Assembly: GCF_009914755.1 (NCBI RefSeq)
Contig: NC_060941.1
Direction: 5' to 3' (one strand)
DNA from: the human T2T-CHM13v2.0 reference genome, Homo sapiens
Length of the DNA: 64,000 nucleotides
In this document: positions 1-50,256 of the stretch, piece after piece
How positions within the stretch are numbered: the first letter of the stretch is position 1
How the letters are laid out: the number at the start of each line of letters is the position of its first letter
Notes under the pieces: model-generated
What the model was told of the DNA's origin: nothing
Databases searched by the model: none
Seen by the model: only the letters and a program-made list of their open reading frames with translations
Made by a program: the position numbers and the translations under genes

Positions 1-526
1 CAATAAAATCATGTCACCATTTTTTTTTTTTTTCAGAGAAGAAAACAGAGGCTCAGGGAGTTTATGACTGCATTCAGATCCTAGTTCTGACATTTACCAG
101 CAATATGACATTGAATAAGTCAGTCACTCCAGAGGACACCGAGCTCAGTGAGCACATTGGCGAGGCCTGCCCTGCCGGGATGCTGTTTGCCTTACAGTAA
201 CACGTAGAATGCCTCAGTGTCTGGCACAGCACTGGTACTCAGAAGACGTCAGTGATGACTGCTGTCTAAAGGGAAGGGATATGTACCTGGGACATGTAGC
301 CTGTACTCTCTTCACTGGGAAGCATTGACAAGGACAGGTCAGTAACTGACTGAATTACCTGGAGGACTTTAAAAGACACAGATCCCTGACCGTACTCCCC
401 CCAGATTCTGATTGTGATACATGGCCGGGTTTGGGAGCCTGTGTCACTGGGGTATGGCTCATGCGGTCTTTGCTGGTCCACTCCCTGGGGCTGTCCTCTA
501 GTGAGTTACATAGAAAGGATAGAGTT

Positions 527-3491
<2,965 letters not shown>

Positions 3492-3508
3492 TAATTTACT
3501 GAACCCTT

Positions 3509-3700
3509 CACTGTCCAATATGTAGCCACACATGGCTACTTAAATGGAAATTAATTAAAATTAAGTAACATTTATTTATTTCCTTAGTTGAACTAGCTAC
3601 AGCTTGAATACTCGGTAGCTACGAGTGGCCAGTGGCTGCCATATTGGACAGGGCAGATAGAGAACATTTTCATCATTGCAGAAAGTTCTATAGGACAGTG
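3509..3700 (-). mobile_element. MER3-like hAT-Charlie DNA transposon (MITE)
   Basis: Terminal inverted repeats CACTGTCCAATA / TATAGGACAGTG; internal TAGCCACA..TGGCTA and AT-rich core. Confidence 0.75.
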
Positions 3701-4750
3701 GTTTAACTGATCCCCTAAAGCTGGACACCTAGTTTGTTTCCAGTTCTCAGGCAGCTTGGGGATGATGGGGCCCATCCCTGGAATGCAGCAGAGCTGGGTG
3801 AAAGCTGCACTGGGAGTTCTGGGCCTTCAACCTCAGACCTTGCAACCTGGGAGGCTCCTGCAAGAGGAAGGCTTTTGGATTTGGGGCAGAGGCTTGACCA
3901 GGGTCTGGAAGAGAAAGTGGCCCTAAAGAGCAGTCCTCCTTGGAGGTTGCAGTGAGCTGAGATCGCGCCACTGCACTCCAGCCTGGGCAACAGAGTGAGA
4001 CTCCATCTCAAAAAAAAAAAAAAAAAGCAGGCCTCCTGTTCAAACCTAACCTTTTACCCTCTCCCTCCCAGCCTGCCAAAATGCAGCTCTGTTTCTTTCA
4101 CTCAATATTTAGCAGACACTTCTTGAGTAACTCCCAAGGATGGTGTCAAGTCCTTCACTGGGGATGTAGGTATGAGAAAGACACAGTCCCTTCCTTGGAG
4201 AAACCCGCGGCCCAAAGAAAAAGACAGATCATCAACTGCTCTGTGAGCAGGACTTTTAAAGAGTCATCACCTAAGATCAAAAGGCCTGATATTAACCTGT
4301 TTGTGAGGATTTGGGGAAACAGGTGATCTCATCCGTTGTTGGGGATTGTAAATTGGTACAAAATTTTTGGAGGGCAATTCTGTGAAAACCTATAAAACAT
4401 TTAAGAGCACATAATCTTTGACCCAGAATTGCCATACTTATAAATTTATTTCACACACACACATATGTCTGCAAATATATGTACCAAGATATTTCCTGTA
4501 ATTAGCATTGTTTGTAGTAATAAAAGGCGGACATACATAAATATCCACTAGGAGGGGAATGGTAAATAAATTGTGACACACCATACAATGGAAAACTATG
4601 TTGACTATCTACAGGCAGGTATATTATGACATGAAAATAGCAGGTGCTGAACAGTGTAGAGCGTGTGCTATCATTTGTGTCACACACACACGCACATATA
4701 CACAGCATATGCTCCAAATAGCTCTGCAAAGATACATTAGAACTGTTAAG

Positions 4751-5060
4751 AGGCCAGGCGCGGTGGCTCACACCTGTAATCCCAGCACTTTGGGAGGCCA
4801 AGGCGGGTGGATCACTTGAGGTCAGGAGTTCAAGACCAGCCTGGCCAACATGGTGAAACCCCGTCTCTACTAAAAATACAAAAATTAGCTGAACGTGGTG
4901 GCACACACCTGTAGTCCCAGCTACTCAGGAGGCTGAGGCAGGAGAATTGCTTGAATCTGGGAAGCGGAGGTCGCAGTGAGCTGAGATCACACCACTGCAC
5001 TCCAGCCGCCTGGGCAACAGAGTGAGACTCTGTCTAAAAAAAAACAAAAACAAAAACAAA
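4751..5060 (+). mobile_element. Alu
   Basis: Full dimer; target-site duplication AACTGTTAAGAG. Confidence 0.9.
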
Positions 5061-5136
5061 AAAACTGTTAAGAGTGGTTGCCTCTGGGGAGGGAATGGGA
5101 AACAGGGCAACAGGGAGGCTGATTGGCAAGAGATCT

Positions 5137-5300
5137 TTCCTTTCTTTCTCCTTCCTTCCTTCCTTCCTTCCTTCCTTCCTTCCTTCCTTCCCTCCCTCCC
5201 TCCCTCCCTCCCTCCCTCCCTCCCTCCCTCCCTCCCTCCCTCCCTCCCTCCCTCCCTCCCTCCCTCCTTCCTTCCTTCCTTCCTTCCTTCCTTCCTTCCT
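5137..5300. repeat. (CCTT)n(CCCT)n(CCTT)n polypyrimidine microsatellite in the tail position of an antisense Alu
   Basis: Read directly; abuts Alu 5301-5580. Confidence 0.95.
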
Positions 5301-6582
<1,282 letters not shown>

Positions 6583-6790
6583 TCTCGTTTTCCGTTTTTA
6601 AGGAAGCTCCTACTGAGTAATGGTGAAGGGGAGAGAAGAGATCCCTGGGAAAACCTTATCAATCACCTGGGTTCTGAATATTCCCAGTGACTGCACTGAA
6701 GGTGACAACAGTCCAGAAATGTCGCCGCTGCGGTGAATCCATCCATCGCCCCTCGAAGCCTTGCCCTATCTTGGCTGTCATACCGTCTAC

Positions 6791-6808
6791 GGCCAGCAGG
6801 GGGTAGCA
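6791..6808 (+). promoter_or_regulatory. CTCF-like motif
   Basis: GGCCAGCAGGGGGTAGCA is a close match to the CTCF core CCASYAGRKGGCRS; lies in non-repeat sequence. Confidence 0.55.
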
Positions 6809-7455
6809 CAGATCCACCAATGTGTTAGTCCCAAGCTTCAGTCATCCCTTCTAGGATTTCCTCCTCTGTGGGCCAAGATGGGAAAGATACCTCCTGCCAA
6901 GCAAATGAAATTTACTACGTAATAATTGATTCCATCTTCTCATTTTTTTTGTAACTCACAGTTCTGATCAGCATGAGAGAGAGGGAGAATGAATATAGGC
7001 TTGCAGAAACAATAATTTTCCACAGAAGAGGTGTTACTTAGCCCAGCTTTATTCCACCAGGCCTTGGGTGAAGAGTGGCTGGCAATGGCTTGAGAAGCCC
7101 CCAGGATTGAAGATACAGTCTGATAACTACTGCATTCGTGGCTCCCCGCCTGGCTTGGGTTTCCAGCTGCAGGGCACGCTCCTACCCTTCTCTTTTCCTC
7201 TCACAGAAGTAGTTCTGGGCAAGAGGAAGCATGAACAGCTGGTCCCATAGGATGACTTGAAGCAGCCACTCTCCTAGAGAGGTTAAAAGTCTGTCCCTCG
7301 CTAGGCTGCAAGCAGCCCAAGGACCAAGGCATTTCTCATCTGCCACAGAATCTGCAGGACCAAGCACAGTGATGGGCATGTAGCTGATGCTAAGTAAAGG
7401 TTTATTGTTCAATTGAAAGAGACAGCCATTGAGGAATCAGGGAATCCATTCTTTA

Positions 7456-7864
<409 letters not shown>

Positions 7865-9843
7865 CTAATCTCAAGGGCAAGGACCCAAGGGCAAGGCTCT
7901 GGTCTGTCTGAGAAGGAGAATATGGCAGTGTGCAGGGAATGGATCATTTTCCCTGCATGCCCAAGGAGAATTCTGCTTTGACTCACCTTGGAGGTCCTTG
8001 GTCAGGCCACGAAACCAGTGATCACATCTCTCACCCATCTGGGGTGCTGGTGACCTTGGCAGAAGAAAGGCTTAAACCAGGTCAGCCTGGGGGAAGGGGC
8101 TGGCTCCTTCCAGGGTCTTCCTCCAGATTAGATGTTAACTCTCCGTCTCTTGCTTAAAGTCTTGTCAGTGGCTCTGAATGTGAGGGCAGAAGGAGGAGGA
8201 TGCTGTCAGGGGAGGGGACACTAATGGCTCCTGACCTGGCCTAGAGATAATTCGGGGCTCCTTCAGCGGGCCCTCCCTCCTCAGTGCCCTGGAAGTGTAG
8301 GGAGGGGTCAGTTGGGGATCCCCACAAATTAAATGGGGAATGAGAGGAGCAACTGAAAGTCTCAAATTCAGGCTATAGATGGGACCCCAGCCCCCCATAC
8401 TCTCCCGTCCTACATGAGATGGGCAGTGGAGGGCCAGGACAGCAACTCCAAGCCAGTGTAGGTTTTGGAGGTAGACAGTGAGGAGGCTTGCTTCTGTCCT
8501 TTGTTAGCTGAGTGCCCTTGGACAGCTTACTTACCTACTCTCAGCCTCAGTTTCCCCATCTCTAAAATAAGGCTACCAATACCTACCTTCTCTGGCCATT
8601 GTCAGGATGAATGAAAGAGCTCTGAAAGTATTTCTGTAATTAGCAGACATCAGAGATTGTTATTCTCCAAGGTAAGAGGCCCCCCTAGATCCCTGGCGGT
8701 GACAGTGTCAAGATTCTTTTTCCCTCCTCTGCGGTGCCCGCTCCTTTTCCAGCCTTGTGGCTGGCTCTCATCCTCCTTTCCGCAACCCCCCACTCCTCCT
8801 TGGGACCACCTTGGCGGGCCCAGCTTCTCGCAGCCTGCCATATTCCATAGGTGCCCCCATTCTAAAACCTGTAGGGGTGCCCTGCACAGGCGCACGGTTG
8901 GTCGAGGTGGGACAGGTGGCGGGGGTCTCCACTGGCCTGCGTCCGCGCCCCCCACCCTGTTTAGGAGTTCCTGTTTGGAGATGGCTCCCCCTCGTCCTCA
9001 GCTCGTCTCTGGGCTAAGCAGGGGAGGAGAGAAATAAAAGGTGGGGGGCCTGGAAGGGGGTTCCCACCTTCTCAGTCCGGGACGCGAGACGGGAACGCAG
9101 CCCTGGCGCCCCAACGCTGCACCACCGTGGGTCTCCGAGCCGTGCTCGCAGTCGCTGAGATCCTCGGTGCGGAGAAGATGTGCCCCTCCAATCCCCAGGC
9201 CGTGATCCCCTTCACCCAGACCCGGCCAATCCCTCGCCCGAGGCGAGCGGGAGGATGCGGTTCTAGGACCCGGAGGCGCCGCCGAGCGCGCCGCCGCCTC
9301 GGCCTCGCCTCGGTGGCCTCCCGCTCCGGCAGGTGAAGCGGCGCCGGCCGCCCCCTCTGCGGCAGGTGAAGCGGCTCGGCAGCCCACTCCCCGCCCGCCA
9401 TGGTTGCGGGGGTCCCCCGGCCAGCGCCCGCCCCCTCCCTCCAGCCCGCCCCCCTGGGGCTGGGTGCCCGGCGGCGGCGGCGGCGAACTGCGGTTTGCGC
9501 GCACGGGGAGCGACAGCAGAAGTTCGAAAATCGCCGAGGGGGGAGCCAGCGCCGCAGCTTCCTGCCCCCGGCCCAGCCCTCTGGCCCCGGCGGCCTGCAG
9601 CCTGACTTCCTCCCCCAACCCTGCAGCTCGCCGCCCGGTCCCACGGACGGGGCCGCCCCGATGGGACGCCGCGCTCCGGCCCCTGCGCGCCGCTGAGCCG
9701 AGCGCCCCCCGCTGCCGAGACCCCCGCCGCCACCGCCAGCCGCTGCCCCCTCGCCCCCGCCCGGGCCGGGAGCCTCGTCCCCGTCCCCCGGAAAGCTGGA
9801 TTTCCGAGGCTGGAGGCGCCTGGCCGGCTGGGTGGGGACCACC

Positions 9844-34330
<24,487 letters not shown>

Positions 34331-34600
34331 CCCCTCAGGTACCCAGATGACCTGGCCTCTGATACCACGCTGCCCACAGCCCCTGGGACCCTTGGGAGAA
34401 CTGAGGCATGCTGCCTTCTCCTGGGCCAGTGGATGGCTGGGATGTGATTTGTGGGGTGGAGGGGTCTGGCAAACATAAACGGTACCCCTGCCATGTGCAC
34501 ACAATCTGAGTCCTTAGGAGGCTAAGCTTTGTGCCCTGGAGCCATGCTCCCAGCTCTGGGCGGACTCCTGAATGGTAAATGTGTCTCCTTCGGCTGCCAG

Positions 34601-34704
34601 ATCTGCGGAACCAGCCCTACATCCGCGCAGACACAGGCCGCCGCAGTGCCCGTCGGCGTCCCCCGGGCCCCCCACTGCAGGTCACCTCCGACCTCTCGCT
34701 GTAG
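34601..34704 (+). CDS. FMNL1: FMNL1 alternative terminal coding exon (DLRNQPYIRADTGRRSARRRPPGPPLQVTSDLSL*), used when exon 26 is skipped
   Basis: ccag|AT acceptor at 34600/34601 is in phase with the exon 25 donor (ACAG|gt, 34064); basic DAD-type tail; TAG at 34702-34704. Confidence 0.9.
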
Positions 34705-35033
34705 CCGCTATTTCTGCAGGTGGATTCTGCAGGGGTGTGGGGCCGTGGACAGGCTGAGGCTCAAGGAAGGTGGTCCTCAGCTCGGCTGGCCGGGCAGCCC
34801 CTCCTCCGCTGTGGCCCGCCTCAAACGGGCTGGTGCATCCTCCTCTTGGCCACAGAGGGCAGCATCGCCCGCCCCTTCCCCCAAATGCTGCTTGCAGCAC
34901 CCACCCTAAAGCCCCCTCCAAATAGCCATACTTAGCCTCAGCAGGAGCCTGGCCTGTAACTTATAAAGTGCACCTCGCCCCCGCAAGCCCCAGCCCCGAG
35001 GACCGTCCATGGACCTTATTTTTATATGAGATT

Positions 35034-35039
35034 AATAAA
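35034..35039 (+). terminator. FMNL1: FMNL1 polyadenylation signal AATAAA
   Basis: AATAAA ~330 nt after the terminal-exon stop codon. Confidence 0.85.
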
Positions 35040-35049
35040 GATGTTTGCA

Positions 35050-36180
35050 AAAGATCCGCGTCGGCTCCATGCCTGCCGCAGCCACCCGCAGCCTGTTTCC
35101 GCTCAGCAAACGCTTTACTTGCACAAGCTCTTCATAGCAGGCCTCTGCAAACCAGCGGGCGCCGGGGAGAAGGGCTGCTTCTTCACTAGAGTTGGCGGCG
35201 AGGGAGCCCGCTTCGAGGGGGCGGAGGCTTTCGTGGCTGGCCCAGTATCCCTGCGGGAGGCCGGAGGGGGCGAGCGCAGGGGCGAGCGGGCAGCTGGGGT
35301 TAGACACGCCGGGCCAGCCCCGCAGCAGTTCTCCTTCCGGCTGCCCCGCCCCATTTGCGCCAGTCCTGCCTCCCACCCGGGCATCTGGCCCCTTTTCCTT
35401 TCGCCCTACCCAGTACTTAGTGACGCCATAAGTGACCTCGCCTTACATCTCCGCGCGTGCCGCCTCCGTCACCGCCTGCCGGGTCCCCATTTCTTCCGGG
35501 CCTGCCCCCGCTCCTCGCCTGCCCCTCCCCTCCACCAGCCAGTGTCGCCCCATCTGTCTGTCCCCCGGGCACTTGTCCCGCCCCTCACTGCGTGTCCCTC
35601 CCCCGCCCGCCGGCTCTCACCTAGGCCGAGACACGCCCCGGGCTGGGCGGGATCTTGGGGCGGCCGGGCTAGTAGGGCTGGATCAGGCGGAAGCCGGGGC
35701 CCGGGGCTGGGCTTCGTGTCCTGCGTTCCGGGAGCGCCAACCCCTCCAGGTTAGGAATCTGAGAGTACGGGCTGCGCGCACCTGGGGCGGGTGCCTGGGA
35801 GGAGGTGGAGGAGGAGACGGTCCTCAGAACGGGTCCTGGGGGTCGGAGGCGAGGGCGGGGGTTGTAAGTGGCCGGGAGAGGTCCCTCCCGCGGGTCCCGG
35901 CGCCCCCCGCCCCGTCGGGGACGCACCTACTTCGTGCAGTTTGTGCAGCGAGCGCGCCAGCTCCTAGTTGGAGAGGTCGCTGATGCGCGCCGCGTGGCAG
36001 AAGGCGAGCCCCGCGTGGGAGCGCCCCCCAACCCCCGCAGCCTGGGCTGAGCCGCAGAGCCCGCTGCTTCTTGAAGTAGTAGCTTGGAGAAGAGAGGCGG
36101 GGCGGCCGCCTCAGACACTCCCAGCCCTCTCTGTCTCACAGGTGCGGAAGCCAAAGCAGGGCCGGAAGCCGCTGCTTTGT
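35050..36180. promoter_or_regulatory. CpG island just 3' of FMNL1, overlapping the pseudogene's 3' exons
   Basis: Dense CpG, several GGGGCGG/CCGCCC boxes, TGACG half-CRE at 35421. Confidence 0.65.
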
Positions 36181-37234
36181 CTTTGTCCTGGGGCGACTTG
36201 GGGCCCAGGAAACAGACCCAGAATTCAGGGCTCCCGTCTCTAGGGCAGGAATATCAGGGGTCCCTGCGGGGGGCAGGGTTTGCTCCTCCCATTGTGGGCC
36301 CAGGAGCTGGTATGGTTGTGCCCACCTCATCACCCCCCGTGCCAACTTGGAGGGCACAAAGCCCCGGCCCAGCAGCTTGAACAGCATTTCCAAGAACAGG
36401 GTCTGCAGTCCCTGGGGGTACAGAGCTGGCTGTTCCTCACCCGGCTTGGGGGCAAAAAAGGTGAAGGAGGGTGAGGAGGGGGCACCCCCTAAGCCAGGCC
36501 CACCCCTCCTCCACCAGCCTTGCCCCTCACCCATGCACTGAGCCAAGCGGTGGTTGTCATCGAAGACACCCAGGAAGTCAATGAAGCTTACGATTCCATC
36601 ACCTGGGGAGAGAGGAGAGGGGGTGCTGTGGGTGCCTGCCCCCTGCAGAAGGCCTGCCTTGCACATGCCTGCTGGCAGTTCCAGGTGTTAGAGAATCTAG
36701 TCCTGCCTCTAGCCAAGGGCAGACCCCAGTTTCAATGGGGGAGAAACGGCCCATGCCTTGGGGGTTCCCAAATCAGGATTAGGATGAACACAGCAGCAAC
36801 GTTTACAGGCCATGAGATAGGTGTGTTGGTCAGGGCAGGCTTCCTGGAAGAGGGAACTTTAAAATAGGACCAGGCCAGGATTTTGTGGGAAGGGGAGGCA
36901 TTCTTTAAAAGAATGCCTGGAGGTGGGAGGGGACAAGAAGACAGGGTTGGGGCACCCACCATCCAAGTCTGCCTGCCGCAGAGCCTCGAACGTCTCCTGT
37001 GGACTCAGCTGGATACCCACATTGCCCAGGGCAACTTTCATGCTGTGCATGTCCACGGTGCCTGTTGGGCTGGAGCTGAAGAGTTTGAAGATATCCTGGA
37101 AGGCTGAGGGTAGAGGGGACAGGTGGCAAGACGAACCACCCACACAAGAACCCTGAGAGCTGCCCACTCTAACTCAGGTGGAACTGACGACTTGGCTCAT
37201 TCCAACTCCCTCCTGGGTGTTTTAAATTTTTATT

Positions 37235-37535
37235 TATTTATTTATTTATTTTTGAGACAGAGTCTCACTCTTTGCCCAGGCTGGAGTGCAGTGGCGAGAT
37301 CTCGGCTCACTGCAGCCTCAACCTCCCAAGGCTCAAACGATCCTCTCGCCTCAGCCTTCTGAGTAGCTGGGATCACAGGTACGTGCCACCACGCCTGGCT
37401 TATTGTTTAATTTGTTGTAGAGATGGGGTTTCGCCATGTTACTCAGGCTGGTCTCAAAGTCCTGGGCTCAAGTAATCCTCCCGCCTTGGCCTCCCAAACT
37501 GTTGGGATTACAGACATCAACCTCCACACCTGGCC
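37235..37535 (-). mobile_element. Alu (AluJ-like)
   Basis: Alu consensus. Confidence 0.88.
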
Positions 37536-38002
37536 TATAACTTTTAATATAAAGAGTAGCAGTGGCTGTTGTGTGTTGGTACATGTTATGTGCCCATCCA
37601 GTCCTCATGTCCAAAACTCATGTTTGAAAAACATTCAAAACTCATGTCCAAGGTCACATCTGGCAGTCTGGCTCTGAAGCTACAGTGCCTTGGAGCCCTG
37701 CTGGTGCCTGGCATGTAGTAGGCACTGACCATTGTTGATGATGAATAAAGTGATTCTGCTTTGAGGGGCCCTTGCCAATATCAGGACATGTTGTTTGGGG
37801 GAGCACTGGGGCTGTAGTTTCTTTTGCCTTTACCCCTATGGTCCTAGACCCCATGAGGCAGGGGAACTCAGATTTTTCCCCCCATTTTTTCTCCTTCTTT
37901 ACCTTCTCCCTTCTTTTCCATCCTGTTCATCATCCATCTATCCATCCATCTAAATACCTGCATTCACCTATCTACCAATCCACTGAGTTTTCTTTTCCTT
38001 TC

Positions 38003-38004
<2 letters not shown>

Positions 38005-38050
<46 letters not shown>
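38005..38050. repeat. (CA)n microsatellite, ~23 units
   Basis: Read directly. Confidence 0.95.
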
Positions 38051-38052
<2 letters not shown>

Positions 38053-38879
38053 GACTGTGAGCCCTAGGGTTGTAGAGATGAGCAAATCAGACAAGCATGG
38101 AGGGATGGTTGCAAACACTGGCTTCTTGCAGTGACCCCAGCTTCAGGGCAGGCAATCCTTTGTAGTTTTTCCCTGAGCACCCCCTAATTTTCTTCTCTAC
38201 TCCCAGTCCTGGGGCCCTCACCTGCCAGCTGCTGGGGTGTCTTGCCTGTCAAGCTGCCCCAGGAGAAAGAAAGAGGTTGGAAAGGTCTTTGCATCTGTTG
38301 CATAGAAATGCCAGGGCTAGCCAGACCTTACCCCAAACCCAGCACCCGAGGCCTGGCCTCCGGTCCCTGCCTTCACCTCTGAGACCCAGCATCTGGACCT
38401 GACTCGGCTGGATGGGCAGCTTCACAAGGCCCTGGGTTTCTCTTGCCCTCCTCATGGTGTGTGCAGCCTTTGTGGCCATGGCTGCTGCTGGCTCCATCTG
38501 GGTCAGCCAGGCAGTATGCAGCTGCAGCCTCCCTTTCTGCATCCTGCCAGCCTGCTCCTTTGCTGGATCTCATGTGAGCAGCCTTTGAGGGTGCTGTGGA
38601 GGCCTCAGAGGCAGGAAGGAGAGAGGGCAGAGGGACCCAGCCCACTCAGGTACTCAGACTCCAGGGGACCTGGGACCAGGCCTGTGGGTATACAGTTCCA
38701 CCTCCTCCCAGGATCCTCCATAGGAAGCTGTACCACAGCCCTCTATGCAGGGGATTCTGGGGAAAGGGGTAGGGCAGTGATTCCCCCCACCCTGGGTGAG
38801 GGAAAAGGACCCTCCTCCAGCCCTGGTCACCTGTTTGTTTTCTGTGATGACTCGGATCTCTTGGTCTTCTGCCCTCTGC

Positions 38880-40690
<1,811 letters not shown>

Positions 40691-40956
40691 CTAAGGAAAG
40701 ATGAGTCCTGAGAGTCCAGTGATGCTTCTGGCTCAGTCCCCCACCGCCCCCAAGACACCTACCTCTGCAGCTCCTCCTTGTCCCTCCTTCCAGTCTCCTT
40801 CCCGCTTCTCCTGCTGGCCCTGGCCCATTCTGAACTGCTCACCCCTTCCTAATCCCACCCTCCAGGCCCTGGGCATCTCTCTCCTTGGCCCGTTCGAAAG
40901 CTGGGCAGGCTCTTGAAGATCCACAAGGCTGGGCTTTTGCTTAGCAGGGAACCTGA

Positions 40957-41547
<591 letters not shown>

Positions 41548-42153
41548 TGATGTGCTGGGCAGCTGGTGGTGTCTGTGTGCACATGTCTGGGTGATCTATG
41601 GCTCTCCTGCATTTGGAGGTACGTCTAGCTCCAGCCTGTGACCCTCTGGAGGACCAGTTCTTCGGCCTCATTTTCCTCCCCTTCAAGCTCCTGGACACCA
41701 TCCCTTCCCCATGCCAGCTCTTCCCCATGAAGAGCGCAGGAAGAACCCCCTCAGACCCACTTTCTCACCTGCCCAGTCCACGCCCAGAAGGCCATCTCCT
41801 CAGATGATCCCAACACGTCCCTGGCCTCAGGCCAAGAGGAAGCCTCATTTCACAGTCTAAGAAATGGAAGCCTCACAGGACACCGAGGTCTCCCCAAGAC
41901 CAGCCACAAGTCTTTCTGCTGGCCTAGAGGGCTGGCCAGGAGGGAGTGAAGGGAATTGACCCTGGGGAGTGGGCAGGTGAGAGATGGGTGGCCAGGACAA
42001 GGGTGGCATTGCCCTCTGGGGGCAGGTGGAGCTGGGGCAGCTAAAAAATGGGGTGGCATCCCTAAAAAACAGACGAGGACACAGCAGCCAGGAGGGCTCC
42101 CTGGCCCAGGGGCATTTGCACAAAAGTCTAAGCCGACGGCCAGCACTGGAGGC

Positions 42154-42159
42154 TTTATT
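42154..42159 (-). terminator. SPATA32: SPATA32 polyadenylation signal AATAAA
   Basis: tttatt on + strand, 12 nt after the stop codon. Confidence 0.85.
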
Positions 42160-42171
42160 GGTTCTGTCTAG

Positions 42172-49761
<7,590 letters not shown>

Positions 49762-49929
49762 GCAGACCGAGGCTCTGTCCTGGAGGCGGGGAGCGGGCTG
49801 GTGGATGCTGCCTCTCCGCCTCCAGTGTGCTCTTTGGCTGAGGGACTGGTGGGCGCTGGAAATATTAGAGGCGCCGGTGCCTGTGATGTCGCCGCCTCTG
49901 TGACGTCCCCGCCGCGACCCCACAGGCAG

Positions 49930-50088
49930 GGAGCCGCATTTAGGTTTCGGGCGGGCGGACGGGGGACGGCCCGAGTGAGGCGTCCTCCGAAGGCTGCGGG
50001 CCCGAAGCCAGAACTCCTTCCTCTCCGAAGACCTCGGGGGTGGGGCTCGCGCTTCCGCAGCGGGCCTAGAGCGAGAGGCAGGCGGCAG
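49930..50088 (+). ncRNA. MAP3K14-AS1: Candidate exon of antisense lncRNA (MAP3K14-AS1-like)
   Basis: Consensus donor gcggcag|gtaagc inside the CpG island, pointing into the MAP3K14 3' end. Name from prior knowledge of the locus; 5' boundary approximate. Confidence 0.4.
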
Positions 50089-50256
50089 GTAAGCCTGGCT
50101 GTGCTGGACAGGACTTGCACCCGCTCTGCACGCCAGCGGCTCAGGGCTGCCGCCCTTTTCGTGGTCCCAGGGCCCTTCCAAGAACCGGCTAAACCAACCC
50201 AAGCCGCGCGCACACACACTTGTGCACACAGGGAGTGTGGAGCCAGATTCGATAAG

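Larger units (their letters stand above)
35110..38253 (-). pseudogene. EFCAB15P: Unprocessed EF-hand calcium-binding domain pseudogene (EFCAB3-like; probably EFCAB15P)
   Basis: Minus-strand exons with AG/GT ends: 38253-38222 (TPQQLA), 37103-36960 (AFQDIFKLF...ALRQADLD), 36602-36531 (GDGIVSFIDFLGVF, completing EF loop DLDGDGIVSFID), 36444-36326 (frameshifted; LQTLFLEMLFKLL), 36082-35927 (YYFKKQ..., frameshift plus in-frame TAG at 35966-35964), 35781-~35621 (ARSPYSQIPNL), terminal exon ~35250-35115. The symbol is from recalled synteny. Confidence 0.8.
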
